From: an uncultured bacterium
GTDB taxonomy: Bacteria; Bacillota; Clostridia; Oscillospirales; Oscillospiraceae
Direction: 5' to 3'
DNA length: 50,279 bases
NCBI GenBank assembly: GCA_905215665.1
Contig: CAJMQR010000001.1
Span: forward strand, 1 to 50,279
Numbering within the stretch: the first letter of the stretch is position 1; every line of letters starts with the position of its first letter. The translations under genes were made by a program, and so were the position numbers. The notes below the pieces were generated by a model. It worked only from the letters and a program-made list of their open reading frames with translations, searched no databases and was not told the origin of the DNA. Shown one piece after another: positions 1 to 9,415 of this stretch.

Positions 1-1
1 G

Positions 2-127
2 GAGGGCTGCATCGTCAACACAACCTGCGAGCTGGTGCTCGGCCTTCTGGACGGCTGGCGCTTCGGCACGGAGCAGGACGCGCAGACCGGTTACGACGAG
101 ATCGTCTTTCAGAGGGAGGAAACATGA
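2..127 (+). CDS. 3' end of an unidentified CDS running in from the left edge (EGCIVNTTCELVLGLLDGWRFGTEQDAQTGYDEIVFQREET*)
   Basis: Open frame from base 2 with host-like codons; TGA 125-127 overlaps the next ATG (ATGA coupling). Confidence 0.7.
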   Translation, partial: EGCIVNTTCELVLGLLDGWRFGTEQDAQTGYDEIVFQREET

Positions 128-597
128 AAAACACCACGCTTTGCTATATTGAGCGAGACGGCCGCTATCTGCTGCTGCACCGCGTCAAAAAGGAAAACGA
201 CCTGAATCGCGATAAATGGGTCGGCATCGGCGGCAAATTTGAAGAAAACGAAAGCCCCGAGGAATGTCTGCTGCGGGAGGTTCGGGAGGAAACCGGCCTG
301 ACCCTGACGGATTACCGCTATTGCGGCATCGTCACCTTCGTCTCCGACCGCTGGGAGGGGGAATACATGCACCTGTTCCACGCGGAGGGCTTCACCGGCG
401 AACCGGGTGTCTGTGACGAGGGCGTGCTGGAATGGATTCCGAAGGAGGACTTCGCCGCCCTTCCGACGTGGGAAGGCGACCGGATTTTTATGGAGCTGCT
501 GGAGGCGCGCGCCCCCTTCTTCTCCCTGAAGCTGTGCTATGAGGGGGACCGTCTGGTCTATTCCGCGCTGAACGGAAGGCCGCGGAACCCCGACTGA
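124..597 (+). CDS. mutX: Nudix hydrolase, 8-oxo-dGTP diphosphatase (MutT/MutX-like)
   Basis: Nudix box GGKFEENESPEECLLREVREETGL, N-terminal TLCYI, C-terminal WEGDRIF; GGAGG RBS upstream. Confidence 0.85.
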   Translation: MKNTTLCYIERDGRYLLLHRVKKENDLNRDKWVGIGGKFEENESPEECLLREVREETGLTLTDYRYCGIVTFVSDRWEGEYMHLFHAEGFTGEPGVCDEGVLEWIPKEDFAALPTWEGDRIFMELLEARAPFFSLKLCYEGDRLVYSALNGRPRNPD

Positions 598-757
598 TAC
601 TTTTTTCCGATAAAAAGTAGACACTTTTTATCAGAAAGGCGCCGCTTAAAGCGTCGCCCTTCTGCGCTGAAAGCGCAGAAGACGTCTCATGCAGACTCCG
701 ACGCGCTGACGCGCTATGAAAAGTATTCTTTGTCTACTTTTCATGGGAGTCTAGTAT
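597..757. repeat. ERIC-like/MITE-like palindromic intergenic element, copy A
   Basis: Begins ATACT at the last base of the TGA stop, ends AGTAT; hairpins 604-637 and 659-681; 3' module (688-757) homologous to 46559-46624. Confidence 0.65.
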
Positions 758-815
758 GATACTATTTCTCAATAGAATTGTTTCATTCGCCGTCGGTATA
801 CCCCTGAGAAAGCCG

Positions 816-843
816 AAAAAAACGCGCCCTGCAAGAGGGCGCG
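816..843 (-). terminator. Intrinsic terminator (minus strand)
   Basis: CGCGCCCT/AGGGCGCG stem followed by T7 on the minus strand. Confidence 0.6.
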
Positions 844-908
844 GCAGAAGGAGTCCGCATGGCCGGCCGGGCCCCGGGCGTATCACAGTCCCCCGTGGTT
901 TTCGGGAG

Positions 909-929
909 AAAAGCGCCGCCCGCGGCGCT
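909..929 (-). terminator. Intrinsic terminator candidate of the spoIIQ-like gene
   Basis: AGCGCCG/CGGCGCT stem plus TTTT on the minus strand, 17 nt after the stop. Confidence 0.5.
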
Positions 930-946
930 GCCGTTTTCGTAACGTA

Positions 947-1642
947 TCAGGAGATCTTCATGAATTCCGTGGGGTCGACCGGCGCGTTGTTTTTGTAGAC
1001 CGCAAAGTGCAGATGCGGCTCTTCGGCCGTCTCAATGCCGGCGGTCTGCCCCACCTTTCCGAGAACGTCCCCCGCCTTGACGGTGTCGCCCACCTTGACG
1101 GAGACGTCCTTGTCCAGATTGGAATAGTGCGTGGTGTAACCGCCGTCGTGGCGCAGGACAACCGTCATGCCGAGGCTCTCGTCCTCATAGATGGTATAGA
1201 CGCTGCCGTCGGCCGCCGCCTGTACCTCGTCGCCCAGCGCCGCGCTGAGATCGACGCCCTCATGCGTCCGCCAGTCGCGGGTCGTGGTGTTGTAGGCGAG
1301 GAAATCGGCGGCAAAGGCGTTGATGGGTTCTCCCTTTACCGGCGCCTGTACCTTCAGTTTTCCGTTCCCGGACGGCGTTTTCTGATTCTCCGGCTCCGTC
1401 GCTTCATTTCCCTGCGTTGCGGCCACATCGGCAGTCCTGGGCAGGCTTTCCTGAAGCTGAACCTGGGCGCTGCTCTCCTTTGAGGAAAGCGCTGCCGGAC
1501 CCTCTGCGGGTGTCTTGTCTCTCCCGCTCAGCAGTAAATAGCCGGCGACTCCCACGGCAACCGCGCACAGCAGAAGCACGATATAGTACCCCTTGTCGCG
1601 CAGAAAGCCGACAAAGCCGTTGGGTTTCTTGTCATTTTGCAT
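947..1642 (-). CDS. spoIIQ: M23/LytM-domain membrane protein, SpoIIQ-like
   Basis: N-terminal TM segment (GYYIVLLLCAVAVGVAGY), low-complexity linker, M23 motifs HEGVD and HLH; start moved to ATG 1642 behind GGAGGT RBS. Confidence 0.7.
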   Translation of the reverse strand: MQNDKKPNGFVGFLRDKGYYIVLLLCAVAVGVAGYLLLSGRDKTPAEGPAALSSKESSAQVQLQESLPRTADVAATQGNEATEPENQKTPSGNGKLKVQAPVKGEPINAFAADFLAYNTTTRDWRTHEGVDLSAALGDEVQAAADGSVYTIYEDESLGMTVVLRHDGGYTTHYSNLDKDVSVKVGDTVKAGDVLGKVGQTAGIETAEEPHLHFAVYKNNAPVDPTEFMKIS

Positions 1643-1660
1643 ATTAGCACCTCCGAGCAT

Positions 1661-1690
1661 AAGTATCGACAGGAAAAATTTTCTTTATAC
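1661..1690 (-). promoter_or_regulatory. Candidate sigma-F/G-type forespore promoter
   Basis: Minus strand GTATA-N~15-GTCGATACTT upstream of the spoIIQ-like gene, close to the GYATA/GGnnAnAnT consensus. Confidence 0.45.
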
Positions 1691-1759
1691 GAAATTTTCT
1701 CGACCTTTTTCTCCCCCTTGCCGCCGCTATACTGAAAGCCGGGGAAGGGAGGAATTCAT

Positions 1760-2467
1760 ATGCAAAAGTCGGCGATGCGCATTACCTGCGCGTTTCTGCT
1801 GCTGAGCATCGCGCTGGCGTCCTGCGTCGGACTGATCAGCGCCGTTTTTGCCGAAAACGATACTCCGCCGGAAACGGCGGTGCCTGTGGGGGCTGTGCGG
1901 GAGGCGCCGCAGGCCGCGCCTGTACCGTCGGAGGCGGACAAGCCCTCGCTGGTGCTGGTAAAGATGCTGATTCTTGCGGATCCGGAGATCCGGCAGGTAC
2001 GGCTGCTCCGCCGGGACGGAACCCTGCTGCAGAGCCTGACGCCGGATGCCGAAGGCATGGCGGTCACGGATCCCATGGAGCCAGGGGACTACACGGCCGA
2101 GACGGAGCAGGGCAGCGTGAGCTTCACGCTCCATGAAAACGCCTCCGTCAGCACGGATGCGGGCTGCGGCTGGACGGACGGGGAACAGCTCCATCTGACG
2201 CGTACACAGGTGGGAACACTGACCGTGCGCCGCCTGCTCGCGCAGGACGATCCGGCTGCCGCCGGCGGCTGGCTGGACTATACGCTCAGCAGCGCCTCCT
2301 ATTACGACCGCGCCGCCGTCCGCAGGACGGACGGCACGCAAACGGAGCTGAGCTGCACGTTCTACGGTATTCCCTACGGGGAATACGTCCTGTCCGAGAA
2401 CGGGGCGCAGTGCGCCCGGGTCACGATCGGGCCGGGTGAAGAAACCGTCTCCGTACTGCTGCCCTGA
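1760..2467 (+). CDS. Secreted hypothetical protein with probable prealbumin/SpaA-like beta-sandwich domains
   Basis: Signal-peptide-like N-terminus; MEPGDYTAET and FYGIPYGEYVLSE motifs; GGAGG RBS. Confidence 0.6.
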   Translation: MQKSAMRITCAFLLLSIALASCVGLISAVFAENDTPPETAVPVGAVREAPQAAPVPSEADKPSLVLVKMLILADPEIRQVRLLRRDGTLLQSLTPDAEGMAVTDPMEPGDYTAETEQGSVSFTLHENASVSTDAGCGWTDGEQLHLTRTQVGTLTVRRLLAQDDPAAAGGWLDYTLSSASYYDRAAVRRTDGTQTELSCTFYGIPYGEYVLSENGAQCARVTIGPGEETVSVLLP

Positions 2468-2530
2468 GGAAGAGGGCGGACGCCGTTTCTGAAATTTCCT
2501 TTTTTGGAAGAAGACATTGTCCATATATTG

Positions 2531-2584
2531 AAAACGCTCCCCGTGACGCCGGTCTGAAAAGCCGATGCCACGGGGAGCGTTTTT
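2531..2584. terminator. Bidirectional terminator between convergent genes
   Basis: AAAACGCTCCCCGTG ... CACGGGGAGCGTTTT inverted repeat with A/T tails. Confidence 0.65.
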
Positions 2585-2662
2585 GTCTGTTTAGGGGTCT
2601 GCGCGGCTCACCGCGCAGAAGGAAAAAGCGGGAGAGTATCCATTCTCCCCCGCGGGATCCGT

Positions 2663-3073
2663 TCAGGTTTTCCTTGTGAATTTCTCTCCGCATTTGGGGC
2701 AGCGGATGCAGATCTTTCCCCGGCCGCGGGGCACGCGCACCGTCTGCCTGCAGTTCGGGCAGTGGAAATAGCGGTTATGGCGGTCCTTCAGCCGCATCCA
2801 GAGCTGGGTAAACTTTTTGTTCTCCCGCTGGCGCTTATAGATGTTGCGTGAAAACATCCGGAAAAAGCTGTACGCCAACAGGCCGCAGACGCACAGGGAT
2901 AAAACGGGAGCAATGATTCCGCCGTAGACCGCGGAATTTCCCAGTGCCATGGTGAGGATGCTGTTTATAAGACTGACCAGCACCGCCAGCACAAGAATCG
3001 CCATATTCAGTTGATCCGAGCCATAGCGGCCGTACATGAATTGCCGCAGGGCCGCTCCGATTCTTCGAAACAT
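2663..3073 (-). CDS. Conserved clostridial membrane protein with C-terminal zinc ribbon
   Basis: FMYGRYGSDQL motif, two TM segments, CPNC...CPKC; start either ATG 3073 or GTG 3082. Confidence 0.75.
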   Translation of the reverse strand: MFRRIGAALRQFMYGRYGSDQLNMAILVLAVLVSLINSILTMALGNSAVYGGIIAPVLSLCVCGLLAYSFFRMFSRNIYKRQRENKKFTQLWMRLKDRHNRYFHCPNCRQTVRVPRGRGKICIRCPKCGEKFTRKT

Positions 3074-3138
3074 TCTGATCACCTACAAGACCCATTATAG
3101 TCGCCGCAACCGAATTTACAAGACCGCAGAAAAAGAAT

Positions 3139-3993
3139 TCATGATTTGTTTACGTTTTTTCCGCTTTTTAATAGCAGAATGGGCACGTGAGGCCGGTTAA
3201 ACAGCCGGAAATGCACATTGGTATAGCCCAGCCCGCGGCTGACGTAGAGTACGGTTCCGTCCTGCCGGTATGCGCCCGCGTCGTAATCGGGAAACAGTTC
3301 CCGCCGGGTGCCGAACACGCCTCCCACAAAGGGTAGGCGCACCACGCCGCCGTGGCAGTGGCCGGAGAGTACCAGCTCCACACCGAGCTCGCTCCACATG
3401 GGCAGCTCATCGTTGCGGTGCGAGAGCATCAGCAGAAAGTCGCCGCCCCGCTCGCCGCGGATCTGGGAGACAAGCTCCGCTGGGGATTTCATGTCATAGG
3501 GCCCGCAGGGATCGTGGACGCCCGCCACGACGATCTCCGCGCCGCCGCGTGAGAGAACCCGGTAGTCGTTGGCGAGTACGGTGACGCCGCACTCCCCCAT
3601 CTTCTTCAGAATCTCCCGCAGGCCCTCCACCTGCCACTCATGGTTCCCCGTGACATAGAACGTGGGCGCGATGGCCGAAAGTCCGCAAAGCAGCGGTTCC
3701 AGCATGGAAAGATCCGTTTTTTCGTCGAACAGGTCGCCGCAGATGCAGATGAGGTCCGGCTGCTCTCTGCGCAGCAGCCGGAGCAGCTCCCGGTTTTCCT
3801 TTCCGAAGCTGCGGCCGTGCAGATCCGCCAGCTCCGCCACGCGCAGGCCGTCGAACTCCGGCGGCAGCTCCGGAAAAACCAGCTCCACCTCCTCCGGCTG
3901 GAGCATACAGTTCTGCCAGAACACAAACCACGCCGCCCCCCAGAGCAGGGCCAGAATCAGGAGTAAGGTCAGCCATCTGCGTCCTTTTCTCAA
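3139..3993 (-). CDS. Membrane-anchored calcineurin-like metallophosphoesterase (YkuE-like)
   Basis: DLH, GD, GNHE, SH, GHCHGG motifs; TTG start at 3993 after AAGGAGG (shorter than the ORF-track call). Confidence 0.85.
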   Translation of the reverse strand: MRKGRRWLTLLLILALLWGAAWFVFWQNCMLQPEEVELVFPELPPEFDGLRVAELADLHGRSFGKENRELLRLLRREQPDLICICGDLFDEKTDLSMLEPLLCGLSAIAPTFYVTGNHEWQVEGLREILKKMGECGVTVLANDYRVLSRGGAEIVVAGVHDPCGPYDMKSPAELVSQIRGERGGDFLLMLSHRNDELPMWSELGVELVLSGHCHGGVVRLPFVGGVFGTRRELFPDYDAGAYRQDGTVLYVSRGLGYTNVHFRLFNRPHVPILLLKSGKNVNKS

Positions 3994-4062
3994 AAGAGGC
4001 GCCTCCTTTTTCGGTGTGATACTACTTGTTTTCCCGTTTTTTCGGAGAATATAGAATAGATA

Positions 4063-4091
4063 TTGTGCAGCGCGCAAAATTTTGTTATAAT
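4063..4091 (+). promoter_or_regulatory. sigma-A promoter of the recJ operon
   Basis: TTGTGC-N17-TATAAT with TG extension. Confidence 0.55.
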
Positions 4092-4120
4092 AAAAAGAAA
4101 AATCGGGATGTGCATTTGGA

Positions 4121-6160
4121 GTGAAGTACGGAATCTGGAACATTGCGCAGCCGCAGCAGGCAGATATTCTCGCGCTGGAGCAGGCGGGCTTTTCCCCGCT
4201 GACGGCGCGGGTCCTGTGCGGCAGGGGATACCGTTCCCCGGAGGAAGCCAACAAATTACTTGACACCACGGCGCCGCTGTGCGACCCTCTGGCCATGAAG
4301 GAGCTGGGCACGGCGGCGGAAATTCTTCGCCGCGCCATTGCCGATGGCGTCAAAATCGCCGTATTCGGGGATTACGACGTTGACGGCATCACCGCCACCT
4401 GTCTGCTGATGGAGTGCCTGCGCTCTCTGGGCGCGGACTGCATTGCCCATATTCCCGGCCGTCTGGAGGAGGGCTACGGGCTGAACTGCGCCGCCATCGG
4501 CCAGCTTGCGGACGAGGGCGTCGGGCTGATTGTCACGGTGGACTGCGGCATCACCGCCGTCGAGGAGGCGCAGTATTGCAGGCAGCTCGGCATAACGCTG
4601 ATCGTCACCGATCATCATGAGTGCAAATCCACCCTGCCGGAGGCCGCCGCGGTCGTCGACCCCCACCGGCCCGACCGCACCTATCCGCACACCGATCTTT
4701 CCGGCGTGGGCGTGGCCTTCAAGCTGGCCTCCGTCCTGCTGGGAGATCAGGAGGAAGCCGCGCGGCGCTGGTGCGACCTGTTCTGTCTCGGCACCATCGC
4801 GGACGTCATGCCCCTGCGCGGCGAGAACCGCCGTCTGGTGGTGATGGGGCTTGCCGCCCTGCAGAAGCCCAAGCGGCTGGGGCTTCGGGCGCTGATCGAA
4901 GCCTGCGACTGCGGCAGCCAGCCCGTCACGGCCGGCACCATCGGCTATGTCCTCGCCCCGCGCATCAACGCCGCCGGGCGCATGGAGCACGCGGAGCTGG
5001 CCGTTCAGCTTTTTTTAACGGAGGATCCCGGGCAGGCCGCCCTGCTGGCGCAGACCCTCTGCCGCCTCAACCGCGAACGGCAGGGGACGGAGTCCGTCAT
5101 CTATCAGGAGGCGCTGAAGCGGCTGAAGCAGCAGAAGGACGCCAGCGCCATCGTTCTGGCCGGCGAGGGCTGGCATCAGGGCGTGGTCGGCATCGTGGCC
5201 TCCCGCCTGTCGGAGGAATTCTGCCGCCCGACCTTTCTGATCTGTCTGGACGGCGACCGCGGAAAGGCCTCCTCCCGCTCCTACGGGGGCTTCAATCTCT
5301 TTGCCTCCCTGTGCGAGCTGTCCCCCCTGCTGGCGGGCTTCGGCGGCCATGAGCTTGCCGCCGGCTTCACCATCCGCCGCGAGAACATCGGAGAGTTCCG
5401 CCGCCGCATCTGCGAGCTGACCTCGGCCTACGCCGCCTCCGGCCTTGCGAAGCCGGCGCTGGAGATCGACTGCGAGGTGCCCGGCAGGCTTCTGACGGAG
5501 AAAAACATTCTGGGTCTTTCCCAGCTTGAGCCCTGCGGCACCGGCTGCCCGAAGCCCGTGCTTTGCCTCAGCGAGGCTGTCGTGGAGCATGTCTGCGCCG
5601 TCGGCGGCGGCAAGCATCTGCGGCTGAAGGTCCGCGCAAAGGACGGCACCGCTTTGCAGGCCATCTATTTTTCCGCGGGCGGCCTGCAGGACAGGCTCTC
5701 CCCCGGCGACCGGGTGGATCTCGCCTTTACGCCCCAGATCAACGAGTTCCGCGGCGCGCGCGCCGTGCAGCTCAATCTGGCGGATCTGCGCCGGGTTTCT
5801 CCCTGCGAATATTACGACCGCTTCCGCAATCACGAGACGCTGCCGCCCTATGAGGCCGCCGCGCTGGCGCCGGCGCGCACGGACGTTGCGGACGTCTGGA
5901 ACTATCTGTGCGCGGCCGTCCCCGCGGGCCGGCCGCTGACGTGTGAGATCTCCGCTCTGTGCGCGGCGGTCGCCGCCTATTCCCACGGGCGCCACAGCGT
6001 CCGTCGCACGCTTGCGTGTCTCGACATTCTCGCGGAGCTGCGCTTTCTTGAGGTGCGGCGCCACGACCCGACGGTCGAAATCCGTCTCCTGCCGGTCAGC
6101 AGGAAGAATCCACTGGAAAACAGCAGGCTCTACCGCGCGCTGCGGGCAGGCAGCCTGTAA
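4121..6160 (+). CDS. recJ: Single-stranded-DNA exonuclease RecJ
   Basis: GDYDVDG, TVDCG, TDHH, PRINAAGR, GGHELAAG motifs; GTG start. Confidence 0.95.
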   Translation: MKYGIWNIAQPQQADILALEQAGFSPLTARVLCGRGYRSPEEANKLLDTTAPLCDPLAMKELGTAAEILRRAIADGVKIAVFGDYDVDGITATCLLMECLRSLGADCIAHIPGRLEEGYGLNCAAIGQLADEGVGLIVTVDCGITAVEEAQYCRQLGITLIVTDHHECKSTLPEAAAVVDPHRPDRTYPHTDLSGVGVAFKLASVLLGDQEEAARRWCDLFCLGTIADVMPLRGENRRLVVMGLAALQKPKRLGLRALIEACDCGSQPVTAGTIGYVLAPRINAAGRMEHAELAVQLFLTEDPGQAALLAQTLCRLNRERQGTESVIYQEALKRLKQQKDASAIVLAGEGWHQGVVGIVASRLSEEFCRPTFLICLDGDRGKASSRSYGGFNLFASLCELSPLLAGFGGHELAAGFTIRRENIGEFRRRICELTSAYAASGLAKPALEIDCEVPGRLLTEKNILGLSQLEPCGTGCPKPVLCLSEAVVEHVCAVGGGKHLRLKVRAKDGTALQAIYFSAGGLQDRLSPGDRVDLAFTPQINEFRGARAVQLNLADLRRVSPCEYYDRFRNHETLPPYEAAALAPARTDVADVWNYLCAAVPAGRPLTCEISALCAAVAAYSHGRHSVRRTLACLDILAELRFLEVRRHDPTVEIRLLPVSRKNPLENSRLYRALRAGSL

Positions 6161-6178
6161 ATCGGAGGCCCCCGTACT

Positions 6179-8356
6179 ATGGAAACCTTTCAGGAACACT
6201 ACGACAGTCTGATGCGCACCATTGCATCCAGAAGCATGTCGGTGGACATGGCGCAGATCGAGCGCGCCATCCGTTACGCGGAAAACAAGCACCGTCTGCA
6301 AAAGCGCAAGGACGGTTCGCCCTACATCATTCACCCGCTCGCCGTGGCGGAAATCGTGGCAGAGATCGGTCTGGACACCGACGCCATTCTCGGCGCGCTG
6401 CTGCACGACTGCATTGAGGACACGGACTCCACCTACGACGAAATCGCCAGGCAGTTCGGCGCCACGGTTGCCGCGCTGGTCGAGGGCGTCACCAAACTGA
6501 CCCGCGTGGAGTATTCCACGCTGGAGGAACAGCAGATGGAAAATCTGCGCAAGATGTTCATGGCCATGAGCCGGGACATCCGCGTTATCCTGATCAAGAT
6601 CGCCGACCGGCTGCACAATACCCGTACCATGCAGTTCCAGTCGCCGGAAAAGCAGATTTCAAAATCCCGCGAGACGATGGACATCTACGCCCCGCTGGCG
6701 CACCGTCTCGGTATGCAGAAGATCAAATGGGAGCTGGAGGATACCAGCCTCAAGTATCTCGACCCCGCGGGCTACAATGAGATCATGCAGTACCTTGAGG
6801 CCCATCAGGCCGAGGCCGACGATTTTATGAAGGCCATCCAGAGCAAGATCACCACCCGTCTGTCCGCGGTCGGCATCCACGGCGCAATTTACGGCCGCAT
6901 CAAGCACGTCTATTCCATCTACCGCAAAATGAAGGCACAGGGCAAGGGCATAGGCGAGCTGTATGATATGTATGCTTTCCGGGTGATCGTTGATTCCATT
7001 CCCGACTGTTATAATGTGCTGGGCCACATCCACGACCTGTTCAATCTGGTGCCCGGGCGTTTTAAGGATTATATTTCCACCCCCAAGCCCAATATGTATC
7101 AGAGCCTGCACACCACCGTCATCGGCCGGCAGGGCATCCCCTTCGAGGTGCAGATCCGCACCTGGGAGATGCACGAAACGGCGGAATACGGCATCGCCGC
7201 ACACTGGAAATACAAGCAAGGCGTCGAGGGCGGCGACGAAAAGCAGTTTGAATGGGTTCGCCGCCTGCTGGAGACACAGCAGGAGACGGACGCCGAGGAC
7301 TATATCCACTCGCTGAAGGTCGAGATGTTCGACGACGAGGTCTTCGTTTTCACGCCCAAGGGCAAGGTCATGTCCCTGCCCTCCGGCTCCACGCCCATCG
7401 ACTTCGCCTACGCCATCCACTCCGGCGTGGGCAACGCCATGGTCGGCGCAAAGGTCAACAACCGCATCGCCAGTTATGACCAGCAGCTCAACAACGGCGA
7501 TATCGTCGAAATTCTGACCTCCAAAACCGCCAAGGGGCCCAGCCGCGACTGGCTGAACATCTGCAAGAGCAATCAGGCACGCACCAAAATCAAGCAGTGG
7601 TTCAAAAAGGAAAAGCGCGAGGAAAACATCGTCCATGGCAAAGCCAGCTTTGAGGGCGAGCTGCGCCGTGCGGGCATCAATCCGTCTGTTTTGCAGGACC
7701 CCGAGCTGCTGCCCGCGCTTCTGAAAAAGCTCTCCTTCGACTGTCTCGATGACATGTATGCCGCCATCGGCTACGGTGGCCTTACTGCCGCCAAGGCCTT
7801 CGGCCGCATCCGCGACGAGCTGACCCGCGTCAACCGCCAGAACCAGCAGAAGGAACAGCTCCGTCTGCCCGAGCAGCCCTCCGTCCGTCAGAGCCGTCAC
7901 AAGGACTCCGGCGTGATCGTCGAGGACATCGACTCCTGCATGATCAAATTCTCCCGCTGCTGCACGCCCGTGCCGGGAGACGACATCATCGGCTTCATCA
8001 CCAAGGGCTACGGCGTCTCCGTCCACCGCCGCGACTGCCGCAACGCCGCCGGCGCGGACGATCCGCATCAGGCCGGCCGCTGGGTGAAGGTCTCGTGGAG
8101 CACGGACGCGGAAAAGCCCTTCTCCACCACCTTTGAGATCGATTCCACCGACCGCGACGGTATCTGGCTTGACATTGCCACCGCGCTGAGCGCGTCGAAG
8201 GTCAAGGTCACGGAGCTCTCCGGCCGCGATATGCCCGCCGGCAAGGCGCGCACCATCGCCACCTTCGAGGTCAAAAATGTGCAGGAGCTGGAAGCCATCC
8301 GTTCCAGAATCCGCTCCATCGCGGGCGTTCTGGACGTCAGAAGGGGGCAGAACTGA
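6179..8356 (+). CDS. relA: Bifunctional (p)ppGpp synthetase/hydrolase Rel
   Basis: HD hydrolase (LLHDCIED), synthetase (YQSLHT, EVQIRT), TGS (DFAYAIH), CC and ACT domains. Confidence 0.97.
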   Translation: METFQEHYDSLMRTIASRSMSVDMAQIERAIRYAENKHRLQKRKDGSPYIIHPLAVAEIVAEIGLDTDAILGALLHDCIEDTDSTYDEIARQFGATVAALVEGVTKLTRVEYSTLEEQQMENLRKMFMAMSRDIRVILIKIADRLHNTRTMQFQSPEKQISKSRETMDIYAPLAHRLGMQKIKWELEDTSLKYLDPAGYNEIMQYLEAHQAEADDFMKAIQSKITTRLSAVGIHGAIYGRIKHVYSIYRKMKAQGKGIGELYDMYAFRVIVDSIPDCYNVLGHIHDLFNLVPGRFKDYISTPKPNMYQSLHTTVIGRQGIPFEVQIRTWEMHETAEYGIAAHWKYKQGVEGGDEKQFEWVRRLLETQQETDAEDYIHSLKVEMFDDEVFVFTPKGKVMSLPSGSTPIDFAYAIHSGVGNAMVGAKVNNRIASYDQQLNNGDIVEILTSKTAKGPSRDWLNICKSNQARTKIKQWFKKEKREENIVHGKASFEGELRRAGINPSVLQDPELLPALLKKLSFDCLDDMYAAIGYGGLTAAKAFGRIRDELTRVNRQNQQKEQLRLPEQPSVRQSRHKDSGVIVEDIDSCMIKFSRCCTPVPGDDIIGFITKGYGVSVHRRDCRNAAGADDPHQAGRWVKVSWSTDAEKPFSTTFEIDSTDRDGIWLDIATALSASKVKVTELSGRDMPAGKARTIATFEVKNVQELEAIRSRIRSIAGVLDVRRGQN

Positions 8357-8805
8357 TGCGCGCCGTTGTCACCCGCGTGAAAAGCGCAAGCGTCGCCGTC
8401 GATGGCAAAACCATGGGCGCGATCGGGCAGGGCCTTCTGATTCTGCTGGGCATCGCGCCGGAGGATACTCCCGCGCACTGTAAAAAGCTGGCCGACAAGA
8501 TCCTCGGCCTGCGGATTTTCCGCGACAATGACGATAAGATGAACCGTTCGCTTGCCGACGTGGGCGGGAGCGTGCTGGTCGTCAGTCAGTTTACGCTCTA
8601 CGGCGACTGCCGCAAGGGCCGGCGTCCGAGCTTTACGGGCGCCGCAGCGCCGGAAACCGCCATCCCGCTCTACGAGCAGTTTTTGCGGGAATGCCGCGCG
8701 CACGGCTTTCCGCCGCAGCACGGGCAGTTCGGCGCGGATATGCTCGTCACCTCCGAAAACAACGGCCCCGTAACCCTGATTCTGGACACCGACGAGCTGA
8801 TGTGA
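8356..8805 (+). CDS. dtd: D-aminoacyl-tRNA deacylase
   Basis: VSQFTL and NNGPVT motifs; follows rel. Confidence 0.95.
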   Translation: MRAVVTRVKSASVAVDGKTMGAIGQGLLILLGIAPEDTPAHCKKLADKILGLRIFRDNDDKMNRSLADVGGSVLVVSQFTLYGDCRKGRRPSFTGAAAPETAIPLYEQFLRECRAHGFPPQHGQFGADMLVTSENNGPVTLILDTDELM

Positions 8806-8823
8806 CCCGGAAAGGATGTTTTT

Positions 8824-9411
8824 ATGATGAAACTGCACCGTCTTACAGTCGGCCCTCTTGAGACAAACTGCTACCTTGTCTCGGACGATGAGGGAAAGAC
8901 CGCCGTCATAGACCCCGGCTTCGAGCCGGAGCAAATTCTCGCCGCAGCGCAGAAGCTGGGGCTGACCGTCTGCGCCGTCCTGCTGACGCACGGACACTTT
9001 GACCACGTCGGCGGCGTGCGCGCCATCGCGCAGGCGGCCGCCTGCCCGGTCTGGGTGAACGAAAAGGATCTGAATCTGCGCACTGCGATGACCCTTTCCG
9101 CGCCGTACTATACCGATCTTTATGCCGAGGGCGACGTCGTTTCCGTGGGAAAACTGCGCTTTTCCGTGCTGGAAACGCCGGGCCATACCCCCGGTTCCGT
9201 ATGCCTGCGCTGCGAAGACGCGCTGTTTTCCGGCGATACGCTCTTTGCCGGCTCCTGCGGCCGGACGGATCTCGGCGGCTCCGAGGCGGCGCTGAGGACA
9301 AGCCTTGCGCGTCTGGCGGCAATTCCCGAAAACCTGACGGTCTACCCCGGTCACGGTCCCTTCTCCACGCTGGACGCCGAACGCGCCTCGAATCCCTATC
9401 TGAGGGGCTGA
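8824..9411 (+). CDS. Metallo-beta-lactamase-fold hydrolase (glyoxalase II-like)
   Basis: THGHFDH, TPGHTPG, GDTLF, PGHG motifs. Confidence 0.9.
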   Translation: MMKLHRLTVGPLETNCYLVSDDEGKTAVIDPGFEPEQILAAAQKLGLTVCAVLLTHGHFDHVGGVRAIAQAAACPVWVNEKDLNLRTAMTLSAPYYTDLYAEGDVVSVGKLRFSVLETPGHTPGSVCLRCEDALFSGDTLFAGSCGRTDLGGSEAALRTSLARLAAIPENLTVYPGHGPFSTLDAERASNPYLRG

Positions 9412-9415
9412 GCCA

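Noticed and set aside
759..949. Further ATAC...GTAT elements (759-799; TGA-TAC at the spoIIQ stop)
   Set aside because: No convincing terminal inverted repeat or shared module; may be chance or heavily decayed copies.
3994..4353. N-terminal extension of the phosphoesterase ORF in the track
   Set aside because: Overlaps recJ and its promoter; a TTG with AAGGAGG at 3993 gives a normal-length protein.
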